From an uncultured Thermoleophilia bacterium (GTDB lineage: Bacteria; Actinomycetota; Thermoleophilia; UBA2241): a stretch of 64,000 nucleotides of DNA. The stretch covers positions 66,777-130,776 of the forward strand of contig CAWCSR010000003.1 in the NCBI GenBank assembly GCA_963798285.1. The letters are read 5' to 3'. Shown one piece after another: positions 48,504 to 58,522 of the stretch. The notes beneath the pieces were generated by a model that saw only the letters and a program-made list of their open reading frames with translations, made no database searches and was not told where the DNA came from. The number at the start of each line of letters is the position of its first letter. Positions within the stretch are counted from its first letter, which is position 1. Position numbers and translations under genes: made by a program.

Positions 48504-49571
48504 GCGCGCCTCGTGAGGTGCAGCGTGACCCAGGTGCCGTCGTCGGTGCGCGCCGCCTCGGAGAACGCCGGGAACGCCGCCAGCGCCTCGGCGGCCTGCT
48601 CGACGAGGATGCCGGACAGCAGCAGTTCGGCCGGCGGCGGGCTTGGTCGGCCCGCCGGCGGGCCCGGGCGGCCGGGCGACGAAGGCATCGCGCCCGGCTC
48701 CGCTCCGGCGCCGGTCGCGCCCTCCGCGGGCCGCCACCGCTCCGCCAGCCGCAGGATCGGGCGGAGCGCGATGTTGGCGACGACCACGTCGGCAGCCGGC
48801 ATCGGGTAGCCGGGGTCGGTCGCGTCGCCCACCAGGAACGTCGGCGCGAGGTCGTTCATGGCCGCGTTACCGGCGGCGGCGTGCACGGCCACAGGATCGA
48901 TGTCGATGCCGATCACCGGCGCGAACCCCAGACGGAGCGCGGCGAACGAGACCACGCCGGAGCCGGATGCCGAGGTCGAGCAAGGAGCCGGGCGTGACTG
49001 TCTGGATGAGCTCGAGGCACTGCCGCGTGCTCGCGTGCCCGCCGGTCCCGAAGGCGAGGCCGGCTTCGACGGCGATGTCCAGGAGGTCGTCACGAGCCGG
49101 ATACCAGGGCGGGCGCACGTAGAGCCGCCCGATCACGTGCGGTTTGTGGAAGCGCCGCCAGGCGTCCTCCCAGCCCGGACGCTCGCGCGCGACCTCAAGG
49201 AGGCCGAGGGCGCCGATGCGCTTCAGCGCGGCGGCGACCTGGGCGTCGGCCTCGGCGCCGTCCTCCAGCCAGAAGACGAGCGTGCGCCCGTCGTCGTCCT
49301 CCTGCCAGCCGGCGGGCTGCAGGGCGAGGATCGCCGCTACTGCTTCAGGAGCGGCGTAGTCGAGCACCTGCTCGCCGGGACCGGACGCGTACGCCGCCTG
49401 ACCGGACCAGTCGTCGTCGGGGTCCGGGCGGATCTTCGCGTCCGCCGGCGCGGGGGCGTCCGCCGGAGCCGGCGCGACCGCGGGCGCAGCGGTAGCCGCC
49501 GGGGGCGTGGGCCGCGCCCCCGCCGGCGGCTCCAGCCGCAGGGCGTAGCGCGTGTACTGAGGGCGCTTCAC
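48500..49571 (-). pseudogene. prmA: Ribosomal protein L11 methyltransferase; one frameshift near 48968
   Basis: WRRFHKPHVIGRLYVRPPW...GLAFGTGGHASTRQCLE...LLDLG | SGSGVVSFAALRLGF..VIGIDIDP. Confidence 0.8.
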
Positions 49572-50716
49572 TGCCGGAAGACGGCGCGGACCTTGTCGAG
49601 GAAGCTCTGGTCGGGCTCGTAGGTGGCCTCGGTGCTCAGCGCGGCGAACTGGTCGAGCAGCTCGCGCTGCTCGTCGGTGAGCTTACGCGGGACGAGCACG
49701 TTGACCACGACCTTGAGGTCACCGCGGCCGTAGCCCTGGAGCACCGGCACGCCGCGGCTGCGATAGGACTTGACCTCTCCGGGCTGCGTGCCGGGCTTGA
49801 GCTGCACCTCGATGTCGCCGTCGAGGGCGGGCACGTAGGCGGTGGTGCCCAGCGCAGCTTCGACCATGGTGACGTCGAGCCGGTAGATGAGGTCGTCGCC
49901 GTCGCGCACGAAGTCCTCGTGCGGCTCGACCGCGATGGACACGTACAGGTCGCCGGGCCTGCCGCCGTGAGCGCCGGCCCCGCCCTCGCCGGCGAGCCTC
50001 AGCCGCTGCCCGTGCGAGATGCCCGCGGGCACCTCGACCGGCACGGTACGCGTCTGGCGCACGCGGCCCGTACCGAGGCACTTCTCGCACGGCTCCTTGA
50101 CGATCGTCCCCTGGCCGCGGCAGACGTTGCAGGTGCTGGTGCGGACGAACTGCCCAAACCCGCCGAGGCTGGAGACCTCGCGCATGCGCCCGCTGCCGTG
50201 GCACTGCGGGCACTGCTCGCGGCCGGTGCCGGCTTTGGCGCCGCTGCCTCCGCACGTCTCGCACGGCGCGTCGGCGGTGACCTCCGCGTCCTTGGTGACG
50301 CCGAACACGGACTCCGAGAAGGTAAGGTCGAGGCGCACCTCGACGTCGTCGCCGCGCGGCGCGGGGCTGTTGCCGCCCGCCGCGCCCCACATGCCGCCGG
50401 CATCGCGCAGCACGGAGTCGAACATGCCACCGCCGAAGAAGATGTTGAAGAGGTCGCCGAAGCCGACGTGCTCGAAGTCGGTCATCTGGCGGCCGCGCAG
50501 GCCGTCGAAGCCGTAGTGGTCGTAGGCGGCGCGCGTGTCGGCGTCGGAGAGGACCTCGTAGGCCTCCGCCGCTTCCTTGAACCGCGACTCTGCCTCCGGG
50601 TCCTCGGTGTTCACGTCCGGGTGGAACTCTCTCGCCAGCTTGCGGAAGGCCTTTTTGATATCGCCGGCGTCGGCATCGCGGCGCACGCCGAGCACGTCGT
50701 AGTAGTCACGCTTCAA
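49568..50716 (-). CDS. dnaJ: Molecular chaperone DnaJ
   Basis: 382 aa. J domain DYYDVLGV...HPD. Four CxxCxGxG zinc-finger repeats. Confidence 0.95.
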   Translation of the reverse strand: MKRDYYDVLGVRRDADAGDIKKAFRKLAREFHPDVNTEDPEAESRFKEAAEAYEVLSDADTRAAYDHYGFDGLRGRQMTDFEHVGFGDLFNIFFGGGMFDSVLRDAGGMWGAAGGNSPAPRGDDVEVRLDLTFSESVFGVTKDAEVTADAPCETCGGSGAKAGTGREQCPQCHGSGRMREVSSLGGFGQFVRTSTCNVCRGQGTIVKEPCEKCLGTGRVRQTRTVPVEVPAGISHGQRLRLAGEGGAGAHGGRPGDLYVSIAVEPHEDFVRDGDDLIYRLDVTMVEAALGTTAYVPALDGDIEVQLKPGTQPGEVKSYRSRGVPVLQGYGRGDLKVVVNVLVPRKLTDEQRELLDQFAALSTEATYEPDQSFLDKVRAVFRQ

Positions 50717-50738
50717 TGGTCGCCCCAGTCGGAGGTTG

Positions 50739-51761
50739 TCACCAGATGTCTTCGAGATAGGCGCTGAGACCGTCGGCCGTGGCGCGCACGGTCGCGATCA
50801 CGCGCTGGTAGTCCATTCGTGTCGGCCCGATGACGCTCACCGTGCCGAGACTGCGGTTGGAGACGCCGTAGTTGGCCGCCACCAGCGAGCACTCTTGCAG
50901 CGAGGGCGGCGCCATCTCGTGGCCGATGCGCAGGTACATACCGTCTTCGCGGAGCGCGCCGGCCAGCACCTCGAGCAGGTTGTACCGCTCCTCGAGCATC
51001 TGCAGCACCTCGTTGAGGTGGCCTGCCCCCTCGCGGGTCAGGTTGTCCAGCAGGCGCGACGTGCCGCCGAGGTGCAGACCCTCCACGTTGCCCGGTCCCG
51101 GCGTCTCGAAGGCGGGCCGCAGCGCCTCGAGGAAGGTGCGTTCCTTGTAACGCAGATCGAGACTCTCGAAGACGGCGGCCACGCGGCGCGTGCCCAGCTG
51201 CGATCCGACAAGCCGCTCGTTGAGATAGACGCGGGCGAACTCGGCGAGGCCTTCGTCGATGGGATCGACGAACGAGAAGACACGCTTGGTGACCTGACCG
51301 GTCGTGGTGATGAGCACCACCATGACCAGCCGCGGCTGCAGCGAGAGGATCTCGATGTGGCGGAGCATGGACGTGGTGACCGCCGGCGCCGAGACCACGG
51401 CCAGCAGTTCGGTGACGCGCGACAGCGCCTCGGCGGTCTCGCGCAGCGCGTCGTCGATCTCGCTGGCGGCGCGATCGCGCTCGAGCAGGATGGCCGGCGG
51501 CGCCGCGTCGCGCCGTTCGGTGACGACGACGTCCACGTAGTGGCGGTAGCCGGCGTCGGTGGGCACCCGTCCGGCGGAGGTGTGCGGGTGGGCCAGCATG
51601 CCGATGTCCTCGAGGTCGGCGAGGTCGTTGCGGATGGTGGATGCGGCCACACCGAAGTGGTGGCGCTCGCTCAGGTGCTTGGAGCCGACCGGCGCGCCGA
51701 GCGCTATGTACTCCTCGATGACGGTCCGGAGGACCTGCTCTTGCCGAGCGGTGAGCGGCAA
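50739..51761 (-). CDS. hrcA: Heat-inducible transcriptional repressor HrcA
   Basis: 340 aa. [26 protein letters not shown]...[28 protein letters not shown] start after AAGGAG. Confidence 0.9.
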   Translation of the reverse strand: MPLTARQEQVLRTVIEEYIALGAPVGSKHLSERHHFGVAASTIRNDLADLEDIGMLAHPHTSAGRVPTDAGYRHYVDVVVTERRDAAPPAILLERDRAASEIDDALRETAEALSRVTELLAVVSAPAVTTSMLRHIEILSLQPRLVMVVLITTTGQVTKRVFSFVDPIDEGLAEFARVYLNERLVGSQLGTRRVAAVFESLDLRYKERTFLEALRPAFETPGPGNVEGLHLGGTSRLLDNLTREGAGHLNEVLQMLEERYNLLEVLAGALREDGMYLRIGHEMAPPSLQECSLVAANYGVSNRSLGTVSVIGPTRMDYQRVIATVRATADGLSAYLEDIW

Positions 51762-51762
51762 T

Positions 51763-53082
51763 CTAGCTCCTTAAATGCGGAGAGCGAAACAGGCGCACGC
51801 ACACCTCGTCGGCCACGTGCCTCCCCTTTCGCGTCACGCGGATTGTACCACTGTGCAGGGAAACCAATCCAGCCGCCTGGAGGACGGCGGCCACCTGCGG
51901 GTCGACGGCGGCGGCCACCTCGGCGAGCGGCACGCGCTCGCCGCAGCGGGCCGCGAGGAAGAGGCGCTCGCGGGCGCGCGTCTGGGCGTCGAGCGCCTCG
52001 GACGCGCGTGGCGGCGCATAGCCGGCCGCCAGAGCCGCCCCCCAGGCGACGGGATCGGCGGCGTTCGTCCAGCGGAGGTCGCCGACGGTGCTCACGGCGC
52101 CCGGTCCGAGGCCGAGGTACGGCCGGGCGCGCCAGTAGGCCACGTTGTGGCGAGCCCGGCGCCCCGGCAGCGCGAAGTTGCTGACCTCGTACCAGTCATA
52201 ACCGGCGCGGGAGAGCTCGCGGACGATGCGCCGGTAGCCCGTGGCGCGGACGTCGTCCATGGGGTCCGCCGGCATTGCCCGGCGGTCCAGGCCGGCCTCC
52301 GCGCCCGGCTCGCCCGCGCCTCCCAGCCGCGCCGCCAGCGCCGTCCCCTCGACCACGTCCAGCTCGTACCAGGAGACGTGGTCCGGCCGCAATTCGAGCA
52401 CGGCGGAGATGTCGCCGCCGAGCAGTTCTGGAGTCTGCCCGGGGATGCCGTGGATGAGGTCGATGCCGGCATTCTCGACTCCGGCGCGGCGGAGGCGGCG
52501 GAAGGCCGCCGCCGGATCCGCCTGCGCCGTCCGGCCGAGCACGGCGCGCAGCTCCGCAGAGAAGCTCTGCGCGCCGAGCGAGATGCGCACGCCGCGCGGT
52601 ACGTGCTGCCCGCGGCCGCGCCCGGCGCTCCGTCCGGCGCCCCCGAGCCGCGTGCTCGCCGCCCACGCCGAGTACGCCTCGTCGACGTCCTCGGGATTGG
52701 TCTCGACGCTGACTTCAGCGTGCGGCGTGAGGTGGGGCCGGAAGAGCTCGAGCAGCCGCTCGAGCCGCTCCGGCCCCAGCAGGCTCGGCGTGCCGCCGCC
52801 GAGGTAGAGCGTGTGCAAGCGGCGCACGTCGTGCGCCGCCCGCTCCCGCTCCCACTCGGCGGCGACGCCGTCGACGAAGTCGTCGAGCCGGCGGGCCGCC
52901 TCCTCCCCGGCCCGCCCGCCGGCCCCTGCGGCCACCGGCACGGAGGCGAACTCGCAGTAGTCGCACTTGGCGCGGCAGAAGGGCACGTGCACGTAGACGT
53001 GCCGGACCGGACCCTCGAACGGAGCGCGGGCGGCCGCGTCGCCCGCGCCGGCTTCGCCCTGGCCGCTCCCGGCCGCACTCAC
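51763..53082 (-). CDS. hemW: Radical-SAM heme chaperone HemW (HemN-like)
   Basis: GTG at 53082. YVHVPFCRAKCDYCEF...LYLGGGTPS...ISLGAQSF. Confidence 0.85.
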   Translation of the reverse strand: MSAAGSGQGEAGAGDAAARAPFEGPVRHVYVHVPFCRAKCDYCEFASVPVAAGAGGRAGEEAARRLDDFVDGVAAEWERERAAHDVRRLHTLYLGGGTPSLLGPERLERLLELFRPHLTPHAEVSVETNPEDVDEAYSAWAASTRLGGAGRSAGRGRGQHVPRGVRISLGAQSFSAELRAVLGRTAQADPAAAFRRLRRAGVENAGIDLIHGIPGQTPELLGGDISAVLELRPDHVSWYELDVVEGTALAARLGGAGEPGAEAGLDRRAMPADPMDDVRATGYRRIVRELSRAGYDWYEVSNFALPGRRARHNVAYWRARPYLGLGPGAVSTVGDLRWTNAADPVAWGAALAAGYAPPRASEALDAQTRARERLFLAARCGERVPLAEVAAAVDPQVAAVLQAAGLVSLHSGTIRVTRKGRHVADEVCVRLFRSPHLRS

Positions 53083-53747
53083 GTCGTCGGCACCCAGAAG
53101 AAGAAGCTCTCGTCGCGCTCCTCGTCGAACGCGCCGCCGTTCTTCTCGATCACGCGGCGCGAGGCGGCGTTGCCGGCCTCGCAGTCCACGCGCGCCGGGT
53201 CGATGCCGAGGGCGGCGGCGCGCGGCAGCGCCGCGGCCAGCATGGCCGTGGCGTGGCCTCGCCGCCTGACGCTCGGCCTGACCTCGAAGCCGATGTTGCC
53301 GCCGTGGTAGAGCAGGTGCGGCGTCAGCCGGTGGCGGATCGTGAGGCGGCCGAGGTATTCCTCGCCGGCCGCCCACCACAGCACCGTCTGCGGCACGTAG
53401 CCGTCGACCCATGGGCCCGGCAGCGGCGTGCCCCAGAGGTGCGCAAAGTACGCGTCGAGCTCGCCGGGACGCTGGACGGCGATCTTGAGAGCGTCGCAGT
53501 ACCGGGCGAACTCCGCCGGGTCCTCGAACGGGTCGCCGTCGAGGTCCACGTGCCGTCCCTCCGCCTGGTACTCGCTGAGCGCCGCGAGGAACGAGATCTG
53601 GAAGCGGACGTCCGGTGATGCGAACTGCGGCTGAGGCCCTGACTGTGCCGGCGCAGCCCCGCCGCCGGCGGAGGCGGCCCCAAGCGCAGGCGCGGCGTCG
53701 GCGGCCGGCGCCGGAGGCTCTCCCGGACCGCCCCCACCGCCGTGCAT
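53079..53747 (-). CDS. GNAT family N-acetyltransferase
   Basis: GNIGFEVRPSVRRRGHATAML...EAGNAASRRVIEKNGG. ATG overlaps the lepA stop (TGATG). Confidence 0.6.
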   Translation of the reverse strand: MHGGGGGPGEPPAPAADAAPALGAASAGGGAAPAQSGPQPQFASPDVRFQISFLAALSEYQAEGRHVDLDGDPFEDPAEFARYCDALKIAVQRPGELDAYFAHLWGTPLPGPWVDGYVPQTVLWWAAGEEYLGRLTIRHRLTPHLLYHGGNIGFEVRPSVRRRGHATAMLAAALPRAAALGIDPARVDCEAGNAASRRVIEKNGGAFDEERDESFFFWVPTT

Positions 53748-55574
53748 CAGCGGTCCTTGTCGCCCGGCTCGAGCTCGAGCACGGCGAGGAAGGCCTCCTG
53801 CGGCACCTCGACCACGCCGAGCTGCTTCATCCGCTTCTTGCCTTCCTTCTGCTTCTCGAGCAGCTTGCGCTTGCGGCTGATGTCGCCGCCGTAGCACTTG
53901 GCGGTGACGTCCTTGCGCACCGCCTTGACCGTCTCGCGCGCGACGACCTTGTTGCCGATCGCCGCCTGCACGGGCACCTCGAACAGCTGCCGCGGGATCT
54001 TCTGGCGCAGCTTGGTGACCAGCGCCTTGCCGCGCAGGTGCGCGCGTTCGCGCGGCGTGATCAGCGAAAGCGCGTCCACGGGCTCGCCGGCGAGCAGGAT
54101 GTCGAGCTTGACGAGGTCGCTGCGCCGGTAGCCGGAGTAGTCGTAGTCGAGCGAGGCGTAGCCGCGCGTGCGCGTCTTGAGCTGGTCGAAGAAGTCGAGC
54201 ACGATCTCGCCCAGCGGCAGCTTGTAGTGCATCTCCACGCGCTCCGGCGAGAGGTACTTCATGTCGACGAAGTCGGCGCGGCGACCCTGGCAGAGCTCCA
54301 TGATGGTGCCGACGAACTCGGCCGGCACGAGGATGCTGGCCGCGACGTACGGCTCCTCGACGTGGTCGATGAACGTCGCCTCGGGCATCTGCGCCGGGTT
54401 GCGGACCACGGTCATCTTTCCGTTGGTCCGATAGGCGTGGTACTCGACGTTGGGCATCGTCGTGATGAGCTCGAGGCCGTACTCACGCTCCAGGCGCTCG
54501 CGCACGATGTCCATGTGCAGGAGGCCGAGGAAGCCGCAGCGGAAGCCGAAGCCGAGGGCGACCGAGCTCTCGGGCTCGTAGGTGAGCGCGGCGTCGTTCA
54601 GCTTGAGCTTCTCGAGTGCGTCGCGGAGCTCCTCGAACTTGTCGCCCTCGGTCGGGAACAGGCCGGTGAACACCATCGGCTGCACGACCTTGTAGCCCGG
54701 CAGGGCTTCGCCGGCCGGGCTCTTCCTGTCCGTGATGGTGTCGCCCACGCGCACCTGCGCCACGTCCTTGACGCCGGTGATGATGTAGCCGACCTCCCCG
54801 GTCTCGAGCCGGTCGGTCGGCTTCATCTCGGGGCCGAAGAAGCCGAGCTCTTCGATCTCGGCGTCCTGGTCGGTGCGCATCAGCGTGACCAGCTGGCGCT
54901 TGCGAGAAGCCGCCGTCGATGACGCGCACGTAGGCGATCACGCCGCGGTACTGGTCGTACTCGCTGTCGAAGATGAGCGCGCGCGGAGGCGCCGCCGGGT
55001 CACCCTCGGGCGGCGGCGTCCGCTGCACCACGGCCTCGAGCACGGCCTCCACGCCCTCGCCGGTCTTGGCCGAGACGCTGAGGATCTCGTCGTGCGTCGC
55101 GCCGGTGAGCTCGTGGAGCTCCATCTCGGCCTCGGGCACGTTGCTCGCCGGCAGGTCGATCTTGTTGAGCACCGGGATGATCTCGAGGTCGTTGTCGATG
55201 GCGAGGTAGGCGTTGGCCACCGTCTGGGCCTCCACGCCCTGCGTGGAGTCGACGAGCAGCACGGCGCCCTCGCAGGCGGCCAGGCTGCGCGAGACCTCGT
55301 AGGTGAAGTCGACGTGCCCGGGCGTGTCGATCAGGTTGAGCTGGTAGGTCTGGCCGTCCTTCGCCTTGTAGGAGATGCGGACGGCCTGGCTCTTGATCGT
55401 GATGCCGCGCTCGCGCTCCAGGTCCATCTTGTCGAGCAGCTGCTCCTTCATGTCGCGCGACGCCACCGTCCCCGTGGACTCGAGGATGCGGTCGGCCAGG
55501 GTCGACTTGCCGTGGTCGATGTGCGCGATGATGCTGAAGTTGCGGATGTGGTCGAGCGAAGTCACGACCGTCAA
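53747..55574 (-). pseudogene. lepA: Translation elongation factor 4 (LepA); one frameshift near 54898
   Basis: [30 protein letters not shown] in the frame of ORF 54483-55646. The C-terminal two thirds are in the frame of ORF 53747-54880 (...[24 protein letters not shown]). Confidence 0.9.
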
Positions 55575-55664
55575 TGATACAGGCTCAGCGCGAGACGGTC
55601 GCCCGGCGCTCTCCGCCGGCCCCCTCGGCGCCTCTGGACGTGCCACGACCGAAGGCGTAGCGCC

Positions 55665-57272
55665 TCAGTCGCCGGAGGCCGGCGCGGCGCCCGCACCGCG
55701 GCCGCGCCGCCCTTTGCGACTCCACAGCCGTCGCACCGAGGCCAGCTCCTCGAGGTTGAGGACTTTCGAGATCCTGAGATACGTGAGCCCGCCGGCGAAG
55801 ACCGCAGCGACCACCGAGACGAACAGCGGCACGAACCCGAGGGCCGCGAACCAGTGCAGCGCGAACCACAGCCCTCCGGAGACCGCGGTGAGGCCCAGGG
55901 CGGCCAGGACGGCGCCGCCGGCCGACCTCGCGATGCGGCGCCCGTCGATCAGGCCGATCTGGCGACGCAGCAGCCACACCAGCACCACCATGTTGAAGAT
56001 GGAGACGAGGGACGTGGAGAGCGTGATCCCGGCCACGCCGAGCGGCTTGAGCAGGATCCAGTCGAGGACCGCGTTCAGGCCAAGGTTCACCAGTCCCACG
56101 TAGAGCGGCAACCAGGGCCGCTGCAGGCTCTGGAAGCTCCGGTTGAACATGATGTTCACGTTGGAGAACGTCAGGCCCAGCGTGAACGCGGCCAGCGCCC
56201 ACGCCACTTCCTGCGTCGCGGCCGGCGTGAACGTGCCGCGCTGGTACACCAGCCGCACGATCGGCGCCGCCAGGATCGTGAACCAGGCGAGGAACGGCAG
56301 CGAGACGTAGATCATCTGCCGCACCCCGAGCGAGAGAGTCTCCCGGAACTCGTCCATGTTCCTCTGCGCGGCGAACCGCGACAGCGTCGGGAACAGGATC
56401 GTGCCGATGGTCACGGCGAAGATGCCCTGCGGCAACTGGTACAGACGGAACGAGTAGCCGATCTCGGCCGCGGCGTGGTCGCTCACGTACTGCGCGAAGT
56501 ACGTATCGATGAGCGCGTTGAAGTTGAGGATGCCGAGCGTGATGGTGATCGGCACCATGAGCGCCAGCACGCGCCGCAGGTAGGGGTCGCCGAAGTGGAA
56601 GTTGAGCGCGAGAGGCTCGCCGGCCGCGCGCATGGAGAATCCCAGCAGGATCAGCTCGACGACGGTACCGACCAGCGTGCCCCACGCCAGAGCGTACACG
56701 CCCCACTGCGTGTGCCAGACCACCATGAAGGCGATGATCACGAGGTTCCAGATGATGCTGACCACCGCCGGCATCGTGAAGCGCTCGTGCGCGTAGAGCA
56801 CGCCGGTCATGACGCCCGCGAGCGCGAGCACGAGCACGGTCGGCACGAGGATCTGCAGGTAGTGGGCCGCGAGCTCCGTCATGTGGTTCGTGGCGGTGAG
56901 CTCGGGATAGATGGTCTTGACGACCGGCGTCGCGGCGAGGATCAGCACCACGCAGACGCCGCCCACCACGGTGAGCATGAAGCCGAGCAGGGTGCCGGCG
57001 AGCCGCCGGGCGCGCTCGATGTCGCCGGCGGCGAGCAGCGCCGTGAGCACCGGGACGAACGCGGCGCTGATGGCGGCGTCGGCGAACAGCTGCCGGATGA
57101 GGTTGGGCACCACCGAGACCGACACGTACGTGTTGTAGTCGGCGGTGACGCCGTACAGGCCGGCGGTGATGACCTCGCGCCCGAGGCCGACGACGCGGGA
57201 GATGGCGGTCGCCGAGGCGACGATCACCGCCGCCCAGGCGAGCTTGCGTCTGCGCTCGCTCATGACCTCCAC
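55665..57272 (-). CDS. murJ: Lipid II flippase MurJ
   Basis: 535 aa, polytopic. ISRVVGLGREVITAGLYG, AISAAFVPVL, YQLPQGIF. The true start may be the ATG at 57263. Confidence 0.85.
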   Translation of the reverse strand: MEVMSERRRKLAWAAVIVASATAISRVVGLGREVITAGLYGVTADYNTYVSVSVVPNLIRQLFADAAISAAFVPVLTALLAAGDIERARRLAGTLLGFMLTVVGGVCVVLILAATPVVKTIYPELTATNHMTELAAHYLQILVPTVLVLALAGVMTGVLYAHERFTMPAVVSIIWNLVIIAFMVVWHTQWGVYALAWGTLVGTVVELILLGFSMRAAGEPLALNFHFGDPYLRRVLALMVPITITLGILNFNALIDTYFAQYVSDHAAAEIGYSFRLYQLPQGIFAVTIGTILFPTLSRFAAQRNMDEFRETLSLGVRQMIYVSLPFLAWFTILAAPIVRLVYQRGTFTPAATQEVAWALAAFTLGLTFSNVNIMFNRSFQSLQRPWLPLYVGLVNLGLNAVLDWILLKPLGVAGITLSTSLVSIFNMVVLVWLLRRQIGLIDGRRIARSAGGAVLAALGLTAVSGGLWFALHWFAALGFVPLFVSVVAAVFAGGLTYLRISKVLNLEELASVRRLWSRKGRRGRGAGAAPASGD

Positions 57273-57516
57273 TCTTCGCCGCAGGGCCGGGAAGTACTGC
57301 CCGGAAGGGCCGGAGGGTCGATCCGGCCGGGCGCGAGTCTAGCAGAGGCCGGCCCCGCCTCACGGCCCGGCCGCTCTTACTTCGGTACGGGCGCGCCGCG
57401 CGGCTGCCCGCGCCGCGTCAGCGCCGCGGCTCCCGCAAGCACGGGCCGGGATGCTACCCTGAAAGCGGTCGGCGCGCCGCTTCGCCGGCGCCGCCAGTTC
57501 GAGGTCGGGAGGGCAT

Positions 57517-58047
57517 GTGCACCTGTTCGGACGCGACGACGAGCCTCACCTGACTCACTTCGAGGCCCATCGCATGCCGCGCTACGTCACCCTGACGTGG
57601 GACGTGCGTGGCGCGCCGGCGCTCAGGTGGCGGGTCCTCCGCTCCGAGGCCGGCTTCGCCGAGGACGCCGGCGCGGGCTGCGTCGTCGGCAGAGGCCAGA
57701 CCCTCGTCTCCGAGAGCGACGCGCCTGGGTCCCGCGACGACGCCGTCACCGAAGGCGTCACCTACTTCTACACGGTCTTCTCCCAAGATGAACGAGGCGA
57801 GTGGGACCAGCAGGTGAAGGTGAAGGTCGAGCACGACGACCACCTCCGCCTGGAACGAACGCAGCCCGGCGAGTTCGAAGAGGCGAGTCCTGCGAACGGG
57901 TATTGGGACGCGGAAGAAGTCGAGGCCAACGCGGCGTATCAGGCGCGCACTATGAGCACTCGCTTCTTCCCCGACCCGGCGACGATGCCGGGAGGCCGCC
58001 CGGGGAGCTACCGGATCCTCCGTCACCACGTGCCCATGGACACGTGA
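57517..58047 (+). CDS. Hypothetical protein with an FN3-like beta-sandwich segment
   Basis: GTG after GGGAGGG. LTWD...WRVLRSEAGFAED...YFYTVFSQDERGEW. Confidence 0.5.
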   Translation: MHLFGRDDEPHLTHFEAHRMPRYVTLTWDVRGAPALRWRVLRSEAGFAEDAGAGCVVGRGQTLVSESDAPGSRDDAVTEGVTYFYTVFSQDERGEWDQQVKVKVEHDDHLRLERTQPGEFEEASPANGYWDAEEVEANAAYQARTMSTRFFPDPATMPGGRPGSYRILRHHVPMDT

Positions 58048-58058
58048 GGCGCCCGGGG

Positions 58059-58493
58059 ATGGGTCTGTTCGCTCACCGCCGAGAGCCGCGCCTCGTGCAC
58101 TTCAAGGCGCGGCGGGAGGCTGCGGCGCTCGTCTTCGTCTGGGACGCCCGCGGCGGCCGCGCACTACTCTGGCGGGTGCTCCGCTCCGAGCACGGCTTCG
58201 CGGAGCACGCGTTCGACCACACCGTCGTGGGCAGCAGCCAGATGCTGGTGTCGGAGAGCCCGGCGGCGGGGGCTCGCGACGCCGCCATCGACCCCGCCGC
58301 GACGTACCACTACACGGTGTTCGCCGAGGACGAGCGCGGCGAGTGGCGCCGGGTGGAGAAGGTCAGGCTCGCCATGGACGATCGCAGTCTTGAGGCTCGG
58401 GCCGAGAGCGACTTCGAGGCCGGCGGGTCGCGGCCGGGGTCGCTGGACCCGCACGCGCTGGACATCGCGCAGTCCGGCCTGACGCCGCGCTGA
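58059..58493 (+). CDS. Hypothetical protein, tandem paralog of 57517-58047
   Basis: MGLFAHRREPRLVHF...WRVLRSEHGFAEH...YHYTVFAEDERGEW is collinear with the upstream gene. Confidence 0.5.
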   Translation: MGLFAHRREPRLVHFKARREAAALVFVWDARGGRALLWRVLRSEHGFAEHAFDHTVVGSSQMLVSESPAAGARDAAIDPAATYHYTVFAEDERGEWRRVEKVRLAMDDRSLEARAESDFEAGGSRPGSLDPHALDIAQSGLTPR

Positions 58494-58522
58494 GCCACGC
58501 ACCAGTCAAGGAGTGACGCAGC

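Noticed and set aside
50717-51800. A CIRCE operator for HrcA near hrcA or dnaJ.
   Set aside because: No TTAGCACTC-N9-GAGTGCTAA-like inverted repeat is visible. hrcA starts 1 nt after the hemW stop and dnaJ 22 nt after hrcA, so there is little room for an operator here.
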